Of a stretch of DNA of 64,000 bases, positions 15,386 to 28,835 are shown in pieces (the stretch's first letter is position 1; the number at the start of each line of letters is the position of its first letter). The notes under the pieces are model-generated. The model was not told where the DNA came from and ran no database searches. It saw only the letters and a list, made by a program, of their open reading frames with translations. Origin of the DNA: the human T2T-CHM13v2.0 reference genome, Homo sapiens. The stretch is from the NCBI RefSeq assembly GCF_009914755.1, contig NC_060931.1; one strand, 5' to 3'. A program made the translations under genes and the position numbers.

Positions 15386-17151
15386 TGGAGGGAACTATGG
15401 GAGATTTCTAAGCAAGAAACCAATGTAGCCAGAGAAGCACTTTTGGAATTTTAATACAGAAAGACTGTTTATCAAATGGGCAGACATTTGTTGAGCACCT
15501 GATAAAATAACAACAGCAAGAGAGCTACCATTTACTGAGTGAAAAACTATGCTTAATGGTCAATGAAAAACTTTAAAATATTTTTTAAAGAGAGAAAGTA
15601 AATGTTCTGCTCTAGCAATGTCTTCAGTTATTTTTTAAACATTATTTGAATTTTATAAATACAGTGAGGCTTATGAAATTTCTCAAGATAATTAAACATA
15701 AAATTTTGGGTTTTCTAAAAAGTATTCTCCTTAGAAAATCCAAGGATATAAATCTGCATTTTGGATTTATGCTTCCTGAATATTTTAGGATCCGCCTATC
15801 TTCTTTCTAATCCTCTCCCCTAGAGACCTTTAATATGGGTGATTACTGACATTCCTACTAAAATGATAAAAATACAGGAAATGTCATTTTAATGACTGTG
15901 GGTTTCAGCCTTTCCAAGTTACATGATTTAAATGAGAATTATTTACAAGTAGAGTGTGTTCTCCTCTAGGAATTATTTTGAATCACCTGGATTTATGAGG
16001 ATTGTCTGTTTTCCATTCTATTTTATTAATGTTAAGGTAGCTATTAAGATAGGAAACACATATTGGTAATGCATGGAGTGGGAGCAGAACCACGCTCTTC
16101 CCATGACCAACAATGCTGATATTTTTTATTTTACTTAAATCTTAGGGAATCAGTCACAAAACTCTGTATTTTATCTTTTAATATTTTATAAAATATTTCT
16201 TGTTCCCCTACAAAAAGAATAATTTCATAATTTTTATCAAATCCTTTTTGGAATCAAGACAAGTGTAAACAATTGCCAAAATTCCATAAATACTAACAGA
16301 GTTGCCCCCATACTTTCAGCTTATATCAGGGGATTCTGTAAATGCTTCTTCCTTGTTTGGGGTCAGGTCACACAGGATTGTAATAAAGCAATGGAATCTG
16401 GGTTCTGAGCACAACTCCTCTAACACGGGCTTTGCTAAATAACTCTGGACTTGGCCTTGATTGTTAGCAGCATGGAGGAGGAGAAGATGAAAAGGGAATT
16501 GAAAATAATTTTTTAATTCCGAAGTATTTATTTAATAAAATATGTGAGGCATTCGTTAATATCAGGTCTCCTTTCATAAGCATATTACAACCTAGTTGGG
16601 CGCTAAGTCATATTTACATGAGGAGTGAGGCTGCAGGAGGGAGATCTATTTTGGAAAGGGACTTTATTGATAGGAGCTTGAACTAATGCCTGTGGAAGAG
16701 GAGAGAAGTCAGACTAAAGATAGCTAGTTTTGATGAAATTCAGCAATTGATGTGATGCTAACAGAGAGCGGGGCTTCAAGGATGGCTTCTCTCTGGGTTT
16801 TCTCACTTTGACAACTGTGTACCTGGTTGTGCCATTCTCCTAGAGATATCCATGGAGTGGAAGTGACTTTGGAGTCTAGGGATGGAGAGAGAATTGCCCA
16901 GGGACATGATGAATTCAACTTCGTGTAGGTGAAGATGCCCATGGTACACACAAGAGGAGATTTCCACAGCCAACTGGATATATGTGCGTAAAACTCAGGA
17001 GATGTACCTGAGTAGAAAATACATATTTCAGAATTAAGAGGTAATTAAAGGCGTGAAAGTGGATGAGCGCTCCTGGGAGGTGAACGGAGAGAGAGAGGAA
17101 ATGGAGCAAGGACAGAACACCGGGGAAACCAACATTTAAGGGAAGTGAAGA

Positions 17152-17530
17152 TGTATTAGTCCATTGTCATGTTGCTAATAAAGACATACCCAAGGCTGGG
17201 TAATTTATAAAGGACAGAGGTTTAATTGACTCACAGTGCAGCCTGGTTTGGGAGGCCTCAGGAAACTTACAGTCATGGTGGAAGGGGAAACCAATACATC
17301 CTTCTTCACATGGTGGCAGGCAGAAGAAGAATGAGAACCGAGCGAAGGGGGAAGACCCTTATAAAACCATCAGATCTCATGATAACTCACTCACTATTAT
17401 GAGAATAGTATGGGGGAAACCACCCCCATGATTCAATTACCTCCCACCACGCTGCTCCCACCACACATGGGGATTACAGGAACTACAATTCAAGATGAGA
17501 TTTGGCGGAGGGCACAGCCAAACCATATCA
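17152..17530 (-). mobile_element. THE1C-like MaLR solo LTR
   Basis: TGTATTAGTCC...GCCAAACCATATCA termini with perfect 5-bp TSD GAAGA (17147-17151 / 17531-17535). Confidence 0.93.
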
Positions 17531-17539
17531 GAAGAGAAA

Positions 17540-17950
17540 TACAGCTCACAAAGGATCCAGCGACTGTGAATGCCTGCCACTTCCCTGCCCCTGCCCACAT
17601 CCAAGTAGTTCACTTGCAGCTGTGCTGGAGAGTTCCTGTGGGCTGACAGCCTGCCACTTCTCTGCTTCACTGCCTGAGGGCTTTCTCCGGTGCCAGGGAA
17701 CTTCCTCTGCAAGTGCAGGGACATCCTACAAATTCAGGTGGAAAAATAATCCAGCTTCCCATCCTTGGTGGGACAATTCTGAGCTGTGTTCTACAGGGCT
17801 CATCAGAGACCCCATGGAAAAGGAGGCTCCCCTCACTAACCTGTTCACAATCATACCCTTCTTTTTTTTTTTTCTCCTTCCCATTTCCCATTTCCTTGCT
17901 TGTGCTTTCTGGGATCATTTTCCAAATAAATTACTTACATTCCCTATCCC
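17540..17950 (+). mobile_element. LTR16-like ERVL LTR
   Basis: GCTGACAGCC...GGTGGGACAATTCTGAG...TTTCTGGGATCATTTTCCAAATAAATTACTT resembles the LTR16 family. Confidence 0.6.
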
Positions 17951-20900
17951 ACCCCCCAAAAATATTACCCATATCAAAAAATTGCCCTCCCATCTTGGAA
18001 GGAGAAAGCAAACTAAGAGAAAAAGAAAGACCAGATAGGGAAACCAATACAGTCTGATATCCTGGAGGGTAGAGGAAGAGGAAGAGGAAGGATAGAGTTT
18101 CATGAAGAAATTGACCAACAGTGAAATATAGTGCAGGGATGTGGAGCCAGATAAGGACTGAAAATATTTCTCTGAACTTAATAGCTGGAAGGTGACTTTG
18201 ACAAGAGCATTTTCAGCAAAATGGCAGGAGTAGAAGGAAAATTTTGGGTGTCGTTATGTGATTGTGAGAAAGAGGAAGCAGTAATGAAGGAAGAAGAAAT
18301 GGTGGGGAGGTGTGTTAAGTGGTTTGAGATGGTGTGGACAAAGTGTGCCAAAGAGGAAAAGGGCATAGAGATGGAGCCAGTAAAGGAGCATGGGCAGTTA
18401 CTAGAATAGAAAAGGGAACAGAGAAAGAATAGAATCCAAAGTGGAGATTATTCATCCTGGACCTACCTCGTTCACAAAAACCAGACCAGATGATAAATGT
18501 AAAATGAGAAACGTTACGGTGGGTAAGAAATAGAGAAAGTTTCAAACATGACTTCTATTTTCTCTATAAAGTAGGAGATCAGTCATCAGTCAATATCTAC
18601 AGCAGAGATACTGCTGTATCTAGGTTATTCCCTGGCCTTTAGGATCACTCTGGGTGAGGGCAGAGTTAGCGTTGGATGGCGGACAATCAATGCATTAGAA
18701 GAGAGAAGAGGAGCCAAAAGGGATACAGTATAGAGGCAAGAGCAGAGCGTGAGGTACAATGTTGAGTACTATCTGTCTCCTGACCTTTTACTTTCCCACA
18801 GTAGAAATGAGCAGGTGAACCTTCTTGAAAAATAAGCAGGGGCTACGATCAAGACAAGGGTTTGCATTTTAAGAAGAGTCATCAATGAGGGAACATGTTT
18901 TCTCTTGGAACAGGGGTGACAGTGGGCACCATGGAAAATTTGGAGGAAAGGAGGTAATGAAAGGGGGTCTGGAGCATGAGGGGTGCTCCATGACCAGCGG
19001 GCTTTTGGGGCAGAGGCCAAGGAAAACAGGATTTAGCATCTGCAGGATTCCCTGGAGTCATAGTTCCAAATGGAACTCGGGATGAGGGAAACTCAATTTT
19101 GATTAGTTTGGGTGGTTTTGTGAAATGATAGTTACAGCAGACTGGCCTTTTGCCCTGGGTTCAAATTAGAATAAGCTATTTTGGTCTTCAGAAAAATCCT
19201 ATCCCAGATGCGCAAGTGAAGACTGGTTAGTTCTCCAAGACTTTGTGGAGGAAGCATCACAAGCTAGCTCTGGAAGGAAGGATGAACAGAAGAGAATTTT
19301 GGATGAATGGCTTGAGAAAAGCATGAAGGAGAGAAAGAACAAAGCACACTGGGACTGTAGGGACCAGACATTACATTGTAGGTGCAAGATCCTGCCATGC
19401 TTGGCCCTCGAGAGATTCTCATTTTTCTCTAGGATCACTGGAGATGTCCGGCATGGATGAGATTATTTTCTCAGAGCTGTCTATGCACAAGGCTGCTCAG
19501 GGCTGTCCAGGGAGTCCTGGAAATGGGAGGATAAAAGGGAGATCGTTCCTCTGCTGGCTTCACCTCGGAAGACTGATGGGCCCAGTGTGACTGAGCAGGG
19601 ACCCCACCGCCTGCCTGGGACATGGCCATATCCCCAGCAGCGATTCCTAATGGCTTTAACAAAAGTCTTGGCTTTTTCTCAAAGCAGGAGAACACCAGTG
19701 TGAGCTACTTTGAACCTGGTCAAAGGGAATGATGTGGAGGAGGAAAACTTAGGAAAGTTTTCTCTTTCCGTCTGCCCCAGAGACAGCATTGCCGGTATTT
19801 TCACTTGTAAAATAAAAGAGAAATCCCTTTGGGAATTATTGTTATTTATACTCATTTCAACCAAAAATATAAAGGAAAGTTCTGACATCATTTCAATATT
19901 TAGTATAAAGGCTTGAATAAAAATAGGTTTTAGAAGTTTTTCATAAATTCCTCTTCATTTCTTGAATAATTAATTGATTTTCTTGTGAGAGAACATATAA
20001 GGCACTGAGCTTTAGTTCATTACATATCGTCCTTCAACTAGGTTCACTTGGAATCCAGGAAAACATTTTTAGGAGTTTTCCTATATTGTCAAACCTGTGT
20101 TATAGGCACCTATTCAATTTTCCTCAGTAACTCAGGAGCATGTGAGTCTGTGTGTGTTTTAACAATTAGAGAAAAAGACAAGTAAAGAATGTTTATCATA
20201 CAATCTAATGATAAATCTCTTCCTGGGGACCTAAATCAGATAACTAATAAGATAGGAATGTCACAATGCATTTGTGGCCCCTGGCTGGATCCCTGCTCTG
20301 AATAAGGGCTGATTGTGCTGATGATAGTGATTTATGTATCATTCATGGTTTGTTAAATCAGATCATATGTAGGAAAGCAAGGTAATAAATAAAGAACGTG
20401 TAAGTAAATTGAAGCAAAATCAAGTAAAGATTTGAGAAAACTATCTACGTAATTCTTTCCTTAAAACTCCTTTTTGATGAAAAGGGAATTTGTGAAATCA
20501 ATCTACACTGATCAGATTACTTCCAATGAAATTGCTGGGGCACTGTTTTAAGTGCTCCTTATGAAAAACCTAACCCCATGAATATAAAAGTAGCGCTGTA
20601 TTTTAATTTAAAGTGGACTATGTGGACAAGGAATCTGAAATGTAGATTCTTGTTAGCTACGCCAGTGATCATTTTGCATGGCCTTGCATGCCCCAATCTG
20701 TATAAAAGAGACAATGATGCCCATCTTGGCTTCCCTACAGGGTTAGTGTTCTAAGAAATAAATGAGATCTCTTTTAACTTCTGAAGCATTCTGCAAATGT
20801 AAGGGATTCTTATTATTTGACTATTCTTTGGAATTGCACTTTTTCTTAACATTTGTAGAAAAAGGAGCTACACATGAACTGAACTGAAAGAAAGGTGCTA

Positions 20901-21294
20901 CACACGAACCAAAGGGTAAAACTGCAGCTCCCCTAAGTATCTGGGTTGTTCTCTGCTTGGCTACCTTTCACCACTTCTGCAGCTAAATATAGAAGAATAG
21001 ACTCCAATGCAGAAGGTGGAGGCAAATTGTTAAGCTTCTCTTCTAACTTCATCAGGATTCTTGGCTTTCTTCTTCATACCAGTAGTTTGAATTATTAGGT
21101 AGCAGACATGCTGTCAAAAGACTGGATAATTATCTGTCATTTTCCATGTCTGAAGGCAGCCTTCCACCTCTGCAGCTAGATGGATAATCTGTGCTTGCAT
21201 TCCAAAATTTATTATATTTGGATTTTATGTGGGTGTGCATGATCCCTCGAGGGAGAAACCTCAAGCAACCTCTTTTCCTCACCACCTCCATCCA

Positions 21295-21495
21295 ACCCAC
21301 ACCTCACACACACAGACAGCCCCACACATACCACTCACACGCACACACACAATCACACACATATCCCACCATACCACACACAAATACACACAATCACACA
21401 CACATAATACCACCCGTACCCCACACACACACACACACAATCACACACACAGCCCCACACAAACCACACACACACACACACACTCCCACACACAC
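21295..21495. repeat. Degenerate CA-rich low-complexity tract
   Basis: Interrupted CACA/CCCA runs. Explains the His/Thr-rich ORFs 21191-21556 and 21229-21657. Confidence 0.92.
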
Positions 21496-22432
21496 TTTAA
21501 AACAGGGCTTTATGGACCAACAACTGACCAAAAAACTTTGGATATTTGCTCATTAATCCCTTCACAATACATATATGTTTATATTCTCTTTTTCACATCA
21601 TTTCTCAGTCCAATCAATGTTCAGTCACATGCAGTCAGGGGAAAAACAAAACCCTAAATATTGATGGATTTTTTCTTAAGCTACCATTGCTCTTTGCAAA
21701 AGGTTGTCTCATTCCATATAAAACATGATGGTAATAGCCTTAGGGTTGAAGTTGTTCATTAAAATCTCTTTGCTAAAGGCAAAAATCAAAATGCTGATTC
21801 AGTCAAGAATGTGATGTGTTTTTCCACCTGTAGAAAGGGATCTACAACAATTGATCTCTATCCCTAGCCCAGTTCTCTTAGGCATCATCAGCATGCATTT
21901 TTAAGTCACCTTGTAAGGATTAGAGGAAAACAAACTCCTTCACTCTTTCTTAGATCCTATCCAGACAATAGTAATCATGAAGAACGATCATGTATTTACT
22001 CAGAACACATAATTAAATTATTCTCTCCATGTACACATTTAATAAAGATGTGAGCATCCTTATTAAATGCTCACAGTGTGTCAGACCCTGAGAAGACAAA
22101 GATGAAAGACACAGTCATCTGCTCTCAGAGACACATACGAGTAGACTGTGAGCACAATGAGTGCTGACACACAGCAGAGAATAGAAGGCTGCCTGCCTCC
22201 AAGCGCAGGAAGAGGGCCTGGAGAAGGGAATCCTTAAGGGAGGAACAGAAATTTTCCTGCAGACACAAGAACTACAGCTCTTGCATGAAGGCATGCAAGA
22301 GCATGGGGAATTTGAGGATTGGTGAGGAGCTCCACGTGGCTTGAGTTTAAGACTCCACCACCTGGAGGCAGGCAGGAGTCAGATCATAAAGACAATGCAT
22401 ACCGTACAAGGGCTTGGCACTTCACCCTTGAG

Positions 22433-22975
22433 GTCAATGATTCTCAGAATGCGGTTCCCAGGCTAGCAGCATCAGCATCCCCTGGGATCTTGAAGGAAAT
22501 GCAAATTCTAGTGCCCCATCCCAGGCCTATTGAGTCAGAAACTCTAAGGTGGGGCTCAGCCATCTGTGTTTTAACAACCTCGGATTCCACTGCAATAAGT
22601 TTGAGGACCATCAAGTTCTCAACTCTGACTACACATTAGAGCCACCTGGAAAGATTTTAAACAGTGTGAATTCCCATATTTCACCTTGGAAAACCAATGA
22701 TTAAATGACTAGAATAGGCTACTTCATGGGTGCCCAGCCTGTACAGTTGCACAGGGTCCCAGGCTCAGAAGGGCCCACACTTGGTTTCATGCTCTGCAAA
22801 ATCGCCATTTTGAAATTCTTAATAATTTTTGAACAAGTGGTCCTGCATTTCCATTATGTACTCATCCCTACAAATTATGTAGCCCGCCCTGGGCTGGGCC
22901 TTCAGTGTATCTTAAGTGTATCCTCAAGGTTTCTCAGGTGATTCTAACGGTGGTCAGTGCTGAGAACTGCCAGGT
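22433..22975. mobile_element. MER5A/MER5B (hAT-Charlie) cluster
   Basis: CAGCATCAGCATCCCCTGGGATCTTG...GAAATGCAAATTCT...TGAGTCAGAAACTCT. A second copy CACATTAGAGCCACCTGG...CAGGTGATTCTAA...TGAGAACTGC is split by MER91A. Confidence 0.8.
22713..22891 (+). mobile_element. MER91A (hAT-Tip100) MITE
   Basis: CTTCATGGGTGCCCAGCCTGTACAGTTGCACAGGG...AAATTATGTAGCCCGCCCTG. Confidence 0.8.
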
Positions 22976-23119
22976 TAGGAAATGTAGAAAAAATGTAATT
23001 CAACTTCAACACAGGATTTTAAAAAATTTCAAGACGGCCTGAGTCAAGATGGACAAATATTGAGTGAATCAAGTTGTAATGATGTTGATTAAAAACTGAT
23101 TGATAAGAAATTTTAAAGT

Positions 23120-23292
23120 TCACAGAAATAGACTGCTAACAACCTGATGGAGTCCTCCTGGGCAAATTACCAATCTCCTTCCTGTTCAGTACGAAACATT
23201 CATTGAGATTTGGATAAAAATATTAAAGTAATGCTCATATATTTACAGATGACAAGATCCAATACTTTAGCTGACAGAATCAAAATACAACT
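23120..23292 (+). mobile_element. L3/CR1 LINE fragment
   Basis: CCTGTTCAGT...ATTCATTGAGATTTGGAT...ATGCTCATATATTTACAGATGACA...GACAGAATCAAAAT resembles the CR1 RT FADD region. Confidence 0.55.
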
Positions 23293-23297
23293 GCCAT

Positions 23298-23481
23298 CAG
23301 TGGGATGCGGGAGCTGGCTGGCCCCAGCTCAGAAGAGCAGATTGTGCTCATCTCTGCCCAACCTCATCCCCAGTGGCATCACAATGTAGTTTGACATCAG
23401 CCATAACATTAGGATTTACAACACAGAAATTGATAAGCACTGAACAGAATCAGTTGTTAAACATTTACCAGCACACCACTG
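23298..23481. mobile_element. MER63-like (hAT-Blackjack) MITE
   Basis: Inverted ends CAGTGGGATGCGGGAG ... TTAAACATTTACCAGCACACCACTG. Confidence 0.65.
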
Positions 23482-25389
23482 ATTACCACCACTATTTATT
23501 GATTACTTTAATTCACATTATGTCATTATACATGTTGCATTTTGCAGAGAAGAAAACCGAGTGATCTTCCTAAGGCCCATAAGAGGCTGAATATCAGCAT
23601 TAACATTGTCTCCAAACTTTTGTGATTTTTCAACAGTGTGTCCTATCAGTGACTAAATCAGAACATGAAAGGCCTTTAACAGACTCAAATATAATCCAAG
23701 TTCAACAAGATAAAAATATGATACCGAAAAAGCTTCTTGATTTGGGATCCATGAAACAACTGCACAAGTATGGGATGAAAAAATAAGCTGAAATATAGAC
23801 TTATAAAAGGAGATTAGAGGTATTCTTCGAGAATGCACTCTGAATTGATCAGTGTGATGCCCATTCCTGACTTGGCTTTAAACTTGACTCATGAATCCAT
23901 CATGACCAAGGGGCCACATAGCACCCAGCCACCAAGAGTGGCTCCTTGTGTAATCACCTGTCCTCACCTCTTCACATTGAGCCAGCTTGGTCCTTGTTCT
24001 ATATCCTCCTTGGTGAGCTCATCCTTTTGGCTTTAAAGCAGTCTCTTTTGAGTAAACATTCAGTCAATTCAAAGTTCAGGCTCATATCAGGAATGATGTC
24101 CTCCAGTGGGGTTCCCCTCTACCTTCTCCTTCCAAGCATCTCAGAGCAGCAGGGGAATGAAGTCTGAGCTTTATGCTCTCCTTTGGGCCAGCTGAAGCCT
24201 CCCAATTCCCCAAATCGCTAGTCTTGTTTAACAGATGCCCACCATCGGGTCTGGTCTTTGAAGGTGTCTGCACCTCCGACCACGACCTTCATGACTACAG
24301 TTCCCTCGCTCTGCTTCCTCATCCTGATCTTTCTTGTCCATAGTTCTATCAGCTCTTCTGCCCTCCCCCTGCCCAAACAGGACTTGCAAAACATCTGCAT
24401 TCCTAGTATTATATACTCTGGCTGTGAGTAACAAGAAAACTGTCATATCATTAGTCATCAGGGAAATGAACATTAAAATCACAGTGTGATGCCCCTGCAC
24501 ATCTATTAGAATAGCTAAAATTAAAAGGGCACCATACCAAGTGTTGGTGGGTGTGTAGATTAACTGGAACTCTCCTACACTGCTGGTGGGAATATAAAAC
24601 TGTCACTCCAAATATGACCCCGCCTTTCCACTGCTGGGTATTTACTGAAGAGAAAGGATAGCATATGTCCCTGCAAAGATTTCCAGAGAGTGATGTCTCT
24701 TCAAAACTGCCTGGGGCTGAAAGATCAGATGTGGCATCCTGAGAAGGCAAGTAGACCTGGGGTCATTTTAATAGGATCTTTTCCAACAGGAAACATGTCA
24801 CAGGGCAGGGGGACAAAAGAGAATCCTGGTGGGAAGATCATGGGGGTACAGACAGAAAGTCACGGGGGAAATCATCAGTTTTTAACAGCATTCAGGCCCA
24901 GTGTGCAGGAAGACAGTTCACCCTCACTCTCCAGACAGTGACTTATTTTCTGCAGGTAGCTGACAGAAAGGAGAATGTTTAACTCTAAATCAAGTTCAGA
25001 AGTTTTGAAATAAACACAAGACTGTGTAGTCTATAATCAAATGGAAAGTCCGAAGACCTTCTATTACCTAGGACATAACAGAGAAGTCATGGGTCCTGCC
25101 ACGGGATGGGAAAAACCTTGCGATACAAAAATCAAAATGCACTTTGGTCATATCCTCAGAATACTACTTGTTTAATTACATTGTTATGCTTAAAAATGCC
25201 TTAGAATATAGGGAAGGCTTGAATAAATCATAGTGTGTCCATATGAAGAACTGGTGAAGATAATTATGTAATTTTTAAAATTATTTTGGAAACTATAGAG
25301 TAGCCTAAAAAATGATGCTATGTGAAAAAAAAAGTTCTCAAAACTTTATTTCACAGTGTGATATCATATATTGAAAATATGCATATTTA

Positions 25390-25781
25390 TAGTATTAAAA
25401 ATTATCAGGTCAGATGAATTTGTCCAGTACGAGCAAAAGTTCAAGTGTACTGAGATAAAATTGTGGAGAATATTAACATGTAGAGTGGATGCCAAGCTGC
25501 TCAGTACAGTTGTGTAGGTTGTACACTGCATGTTTATGGGAACCAGTCATATCACTCTAGGTGAAGGGCATACCCCAGAAGTTGTGTAGCACACAACCTG
25601 TGTGATTGTATATGGCAATTGGGTAAAGAGAAAGTACTTGTATAAGGCTAAGAAAGACTAGTATTAGAGATAGGAACACAAGTGGGAAAGAATGTGACAC
25701 AGAAGCCTTGGGAGAAGAATATTTCTCTAGGAGGGAGGAATAAACTATGCCTGAAAGCTCTGAAGAGATCTAATAGTTTAA
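25390..25781 (-). repeat. Left arm of a long inverted repeat (L2 fragment with embedded MER91-like MITE)
   Basis: Reverse complement of 27512-27875, including a 33-bp perfect match (25636-25668 vs 27619-27651). Confidence 0.93.
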
Positions 25782-25821
25782 TACCCCATAAAACTATCTG
25801 ACTGAAATGCAGTCTCCATCT

Positions 25822-25960
25822 GTAGGTAAAATTGCCATATTTAACCTATAAAAATACATTATTTCAAATATTGCATGAAATACATGTGCCAAAAAATTAT
25901 TCATTGTTGATCTCAAATTCAAATTTCACTGGGTGCCTTGAATTTTATCTGGCAAACTTA
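25822..25960. mobile_element. MER53 (hAT) MITE
   Basis: TAGG..TTGCCATATTTAAC..ATAAAAATAC ... AAATTCAAATTTCACTGGGTG..TTTTATCTGGCAAACTTA. Confidence 0.7.
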
Positions 25961-26479
25961 TCTGTAGAGGTAGTGACTCAGGGAATGGTAATCTATTGGA
26001 GGGAAACAGTTTTTTAGCCAAAGCTTTTAAATTATTTCTATCATTGCTCTTCTCACTCATTACCTCTTTTGGAGACAAGATTATCCTCTGTGTTATAGCC
26101 TGCTACCACTCTTCCTCTTGGAGCCTGTCGCGGCAGCGTCTTGGTCCATCTTCCCCAGGAAGCATTTTTGGATGCTGTGTCGACGACCTTCGGTGTCTTT
26201 TGACTGGGAAAATCCATAGACAGTAACACTTTTAAAGTAAATTAAAAACTGCACATTAACAAAGTGCTTCATGGGCAAAGCCAGAGCAAGAGGGCCAAAG
26301 TGTGAGCATCAGGAAGAATCACCTCTTTCTGGTTGTTCCTGATGAGCCTTCAGCCTGGCCTTGCTGCCTCCATTCCCACTGCAGCATCTTCCTCCCACTG
26401 CCAGAGAGAGCCTTGAAGGACACGCGGTCCAATGACTTCTCCTTGGTCTCAGTAAAATTAAAGTTCTCACCGCGGGGTG

Positions 26480-26865
26480 GGAGGCCATATGTGATGGACC
26501 CTTTCCCACCCTCTAGACTGCTGGCAGCTCCCCAAAGGTCCAGGCAGGTGCCCACCCTGTGGCCTTTGCACTTCCTCTTGCCCTGGGCCCCCTCTCTCAC
26601 TACTGAGGGTCTCTGCTCAAATGTCACCAATCAGAGAAGCCCTCCCCCAACTGAACCCATGTTACTCTATCCCTGTTACCACTCTTTGTTGCATTTTGTT
26701 CATAGCTCTCACCACCCTCCACAGTATATACTGACGCTGTCACCCACCAACCATGTCTAGACTGTGAGAAGAAACACCGTCTAATTTAGTCCTGCTGTAC
26801 CCGCCATGTCTGGAGTCGTGCCTGACACTTGGTGAGCACTCCATTCATTCGTGATGAAGTGTTCA
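26480..26865 (+). mobile_element. L2 3' fragment
   Basis: GGCCTTTGCACTT...CTCTGCTCAAATGTCACC...CTAGACTGTGAG...GTGCCTGACACTTGGTGAGCACTC. Confidence 0.75.
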
Positions 26866-27329
26866 CTTCCAGTTAGAGATGTGCGGAGCCTCCTGCACAC
26901 AGCATAGAGGGCACGATGGAGGGAGGAGAGCAGATAGCCAGGAGGGGACAGGATTCAGGGAGAACAAGTTCTAGAGCAGGGGACACTGCAGACCCTCGGA
27001 CAGCCCCTCCCACAGGGGTAAGCCCCCCTCTGGCACATGGTTGACATGTTCTCCTGGCTGGGACAATCCCCTGTGGAGACCTCGGTGCCACACCATGACT
27101 GATGCCACCTTCTCAGTCCTGGAGGGAAAGGACCTTGTTTTGGATGATGGTGGTGACTGGTTCAATTCCTTTTTTTGTTTTCGCCTTAATCTCCCTCCTT
27201 TCTCACTTTTCCTGCCAAACTCTCTTTGTAGCACCTTCTTCCTTTCTTACCAACCAGCCCTCTGCCTTTTACTCCTGCCTGACTCATAACCATGTGCAGA
27301 AAAACCCTTCCGTGACGCTCCGCCCCTTT

Positions 27330-28835
27330 TAGCCACCCTCCTCTCCTCTTCGCAGACGCAACCAGTGGAGAGTGGCCTCCAGTTGTAGCCTCCACTGCCT
27401 CGCCTTCAATCACACTTCAACCTTCGGAGTTAGGACTTCTGTCCCCACCAACGTGTGGAAATCTGTCTCCCCAAGGTCACCAAAAAATACCTATCAAGCA
27501 GACCCTTACGGTTAAACTACTAGATCACTTCAGAGTTTTCAGACGTAGTTTACTGCTGCCTCCTAGAGAAATATTCTGTGGCTTCTGTGTCACGTTCATT
27601 CCCAGTTCTGTTCCTATTTCTAATACTAGTCTTTCTTAGCCTTATACAAGTGCTTTCTCTTTCCCCAGTTGCCACATACAGTCACACAGGTTGTGCACTA
27701 CACAACTTCTGGGGTTGCCCTTCACCTAGACTGTGATATGACCAATGCCTGGAAAGAGCTGTTCTGTATCCATCTACATATTATATTCCCCACAATTTCA
27801 TTTCAGTGTACTTAACTCCTCGCTCTTCATGCTCACACTGGGCAAATTCATCTGATCTGGTACTATTAAATGCTCTGTATATGATGATGTTTCCCAAATT
27901 GACATCCCCACTTCATGCTTCTGATCTTGTGCAACAGACCTGTATTTTTATTGCCATTCTGGATATTTCCCTATGAACGTCCCACAGCCATCTCAAATTC
28001 AGCATTTCCAAACTTAACTCAGTATATTTATCACCCATTGAACCAGATGTTCTCCTATATAACCTACTTCAGTTAATGAGTCTATTATCCACCTGGTGAC
28101 CTGAGTCAGACATCGAAGAGTCATGCTTTTCAATATTCTCACCATCCAATATTATTTATCACCAGGTTCTGCCAAATAAGTGTATCTCTGCCTCTCCTTC
28201 CCCCACCTCCACTCTTCCAGATATGCCCCTCTTCATCACCCTTAAGCTATTGCAGAAGGTCCCAATTTCATCTCTCCATCTGCAATCCATCTTCCACACC
28301 ATACCCCAAATTGTCTTAATAAAAACACAAATCTGATCTTGTCAGTACCCTCCTTAAAACTCTCATTATCTTAAAAATTACATCTCATCTTTGACAAGCA
28401 GTGCCCTCTACATTGTGGCCTCCTGCTGATGCTCAGATTCATATCATGCCAATTTCCACCTCCTGCTCCAGCCATACCAGCTATCGCCATTACAGAGAAA
28501 ACCAGGCTTCTGGTACAGTTTGGTGCTTTTGTGCAAGCCAGTCTCATGATGCGACTTGTACCCCAGGCTACCTGGAAAACCCTCAAAATCAAGTCCTCTG
28601 TAAACTCACCACTCGGCTCAGACCAGGCTAGCCACTCCGTTCTCTGTGCCACCATGGAAATATGTGTATAACGCTATGCTTTTCCTTATCCCACTACATT
28701 GTAATTGTTTTGTTTACATGATGGTCTGTGTGATTGCTTGAGGGCCAAGCTCATGTCTTGTTCGAACTTGCATCCTCTGTGCCTGGCCCAGTACCTGACA
28801 GATTATGTATTCCACAATTATGTGCTGATGAGTGA
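27330..28835 (+). mobile_element. Long L2 fragment containing the right inverted-repeat arm
   Basis: CCAAGGTCACCAA, CATCTCAAATTCAGCATTTCCAAA, AAAACACAAATCTGATC, CTTGAGGGCCAAG, GTGCCTGGCCCAGTACCTGACA are L2 sense motifs in the expected order. Confidence 0.75.
27512..27875 (+). repeat. Right arm of the long inverted repeat
   Basis: Reverse complement aligns by eye to 25390-25781, about 90% in the central 140 bp. Confidence 0.93.

Larger units (their letters stand above)
16780..18400 (-). mobile_element. L2 fragments interrupted by THE1 and LTR16-like LTRs
   Basis: Purine-rich antisense L2 motifs (CAACTGGATATATGTG, CCAACATTTAAG, GATAAGGACTGAAAA, GGTGACTTTGACAAGAGCATTTTCAG). Confidence 0.65.

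Noticed and set aside
17502-18057. 178-aa and overlapping ORFs
   Set aside because: They cross THE1, LTR16 and L2 pieces and show no recognisable domain.
21191-21657. His/Thr-rich ORFs
   Set aside because: Translation of CA-rich low-complexity DNA.
26302-27413. Dense ORF cluster inside the inverted-repeat spacer as transposon cargo
   Set aside because: Largely L2-derived or low-information peptides, no transposase similarity, and no TSD outside the arms.
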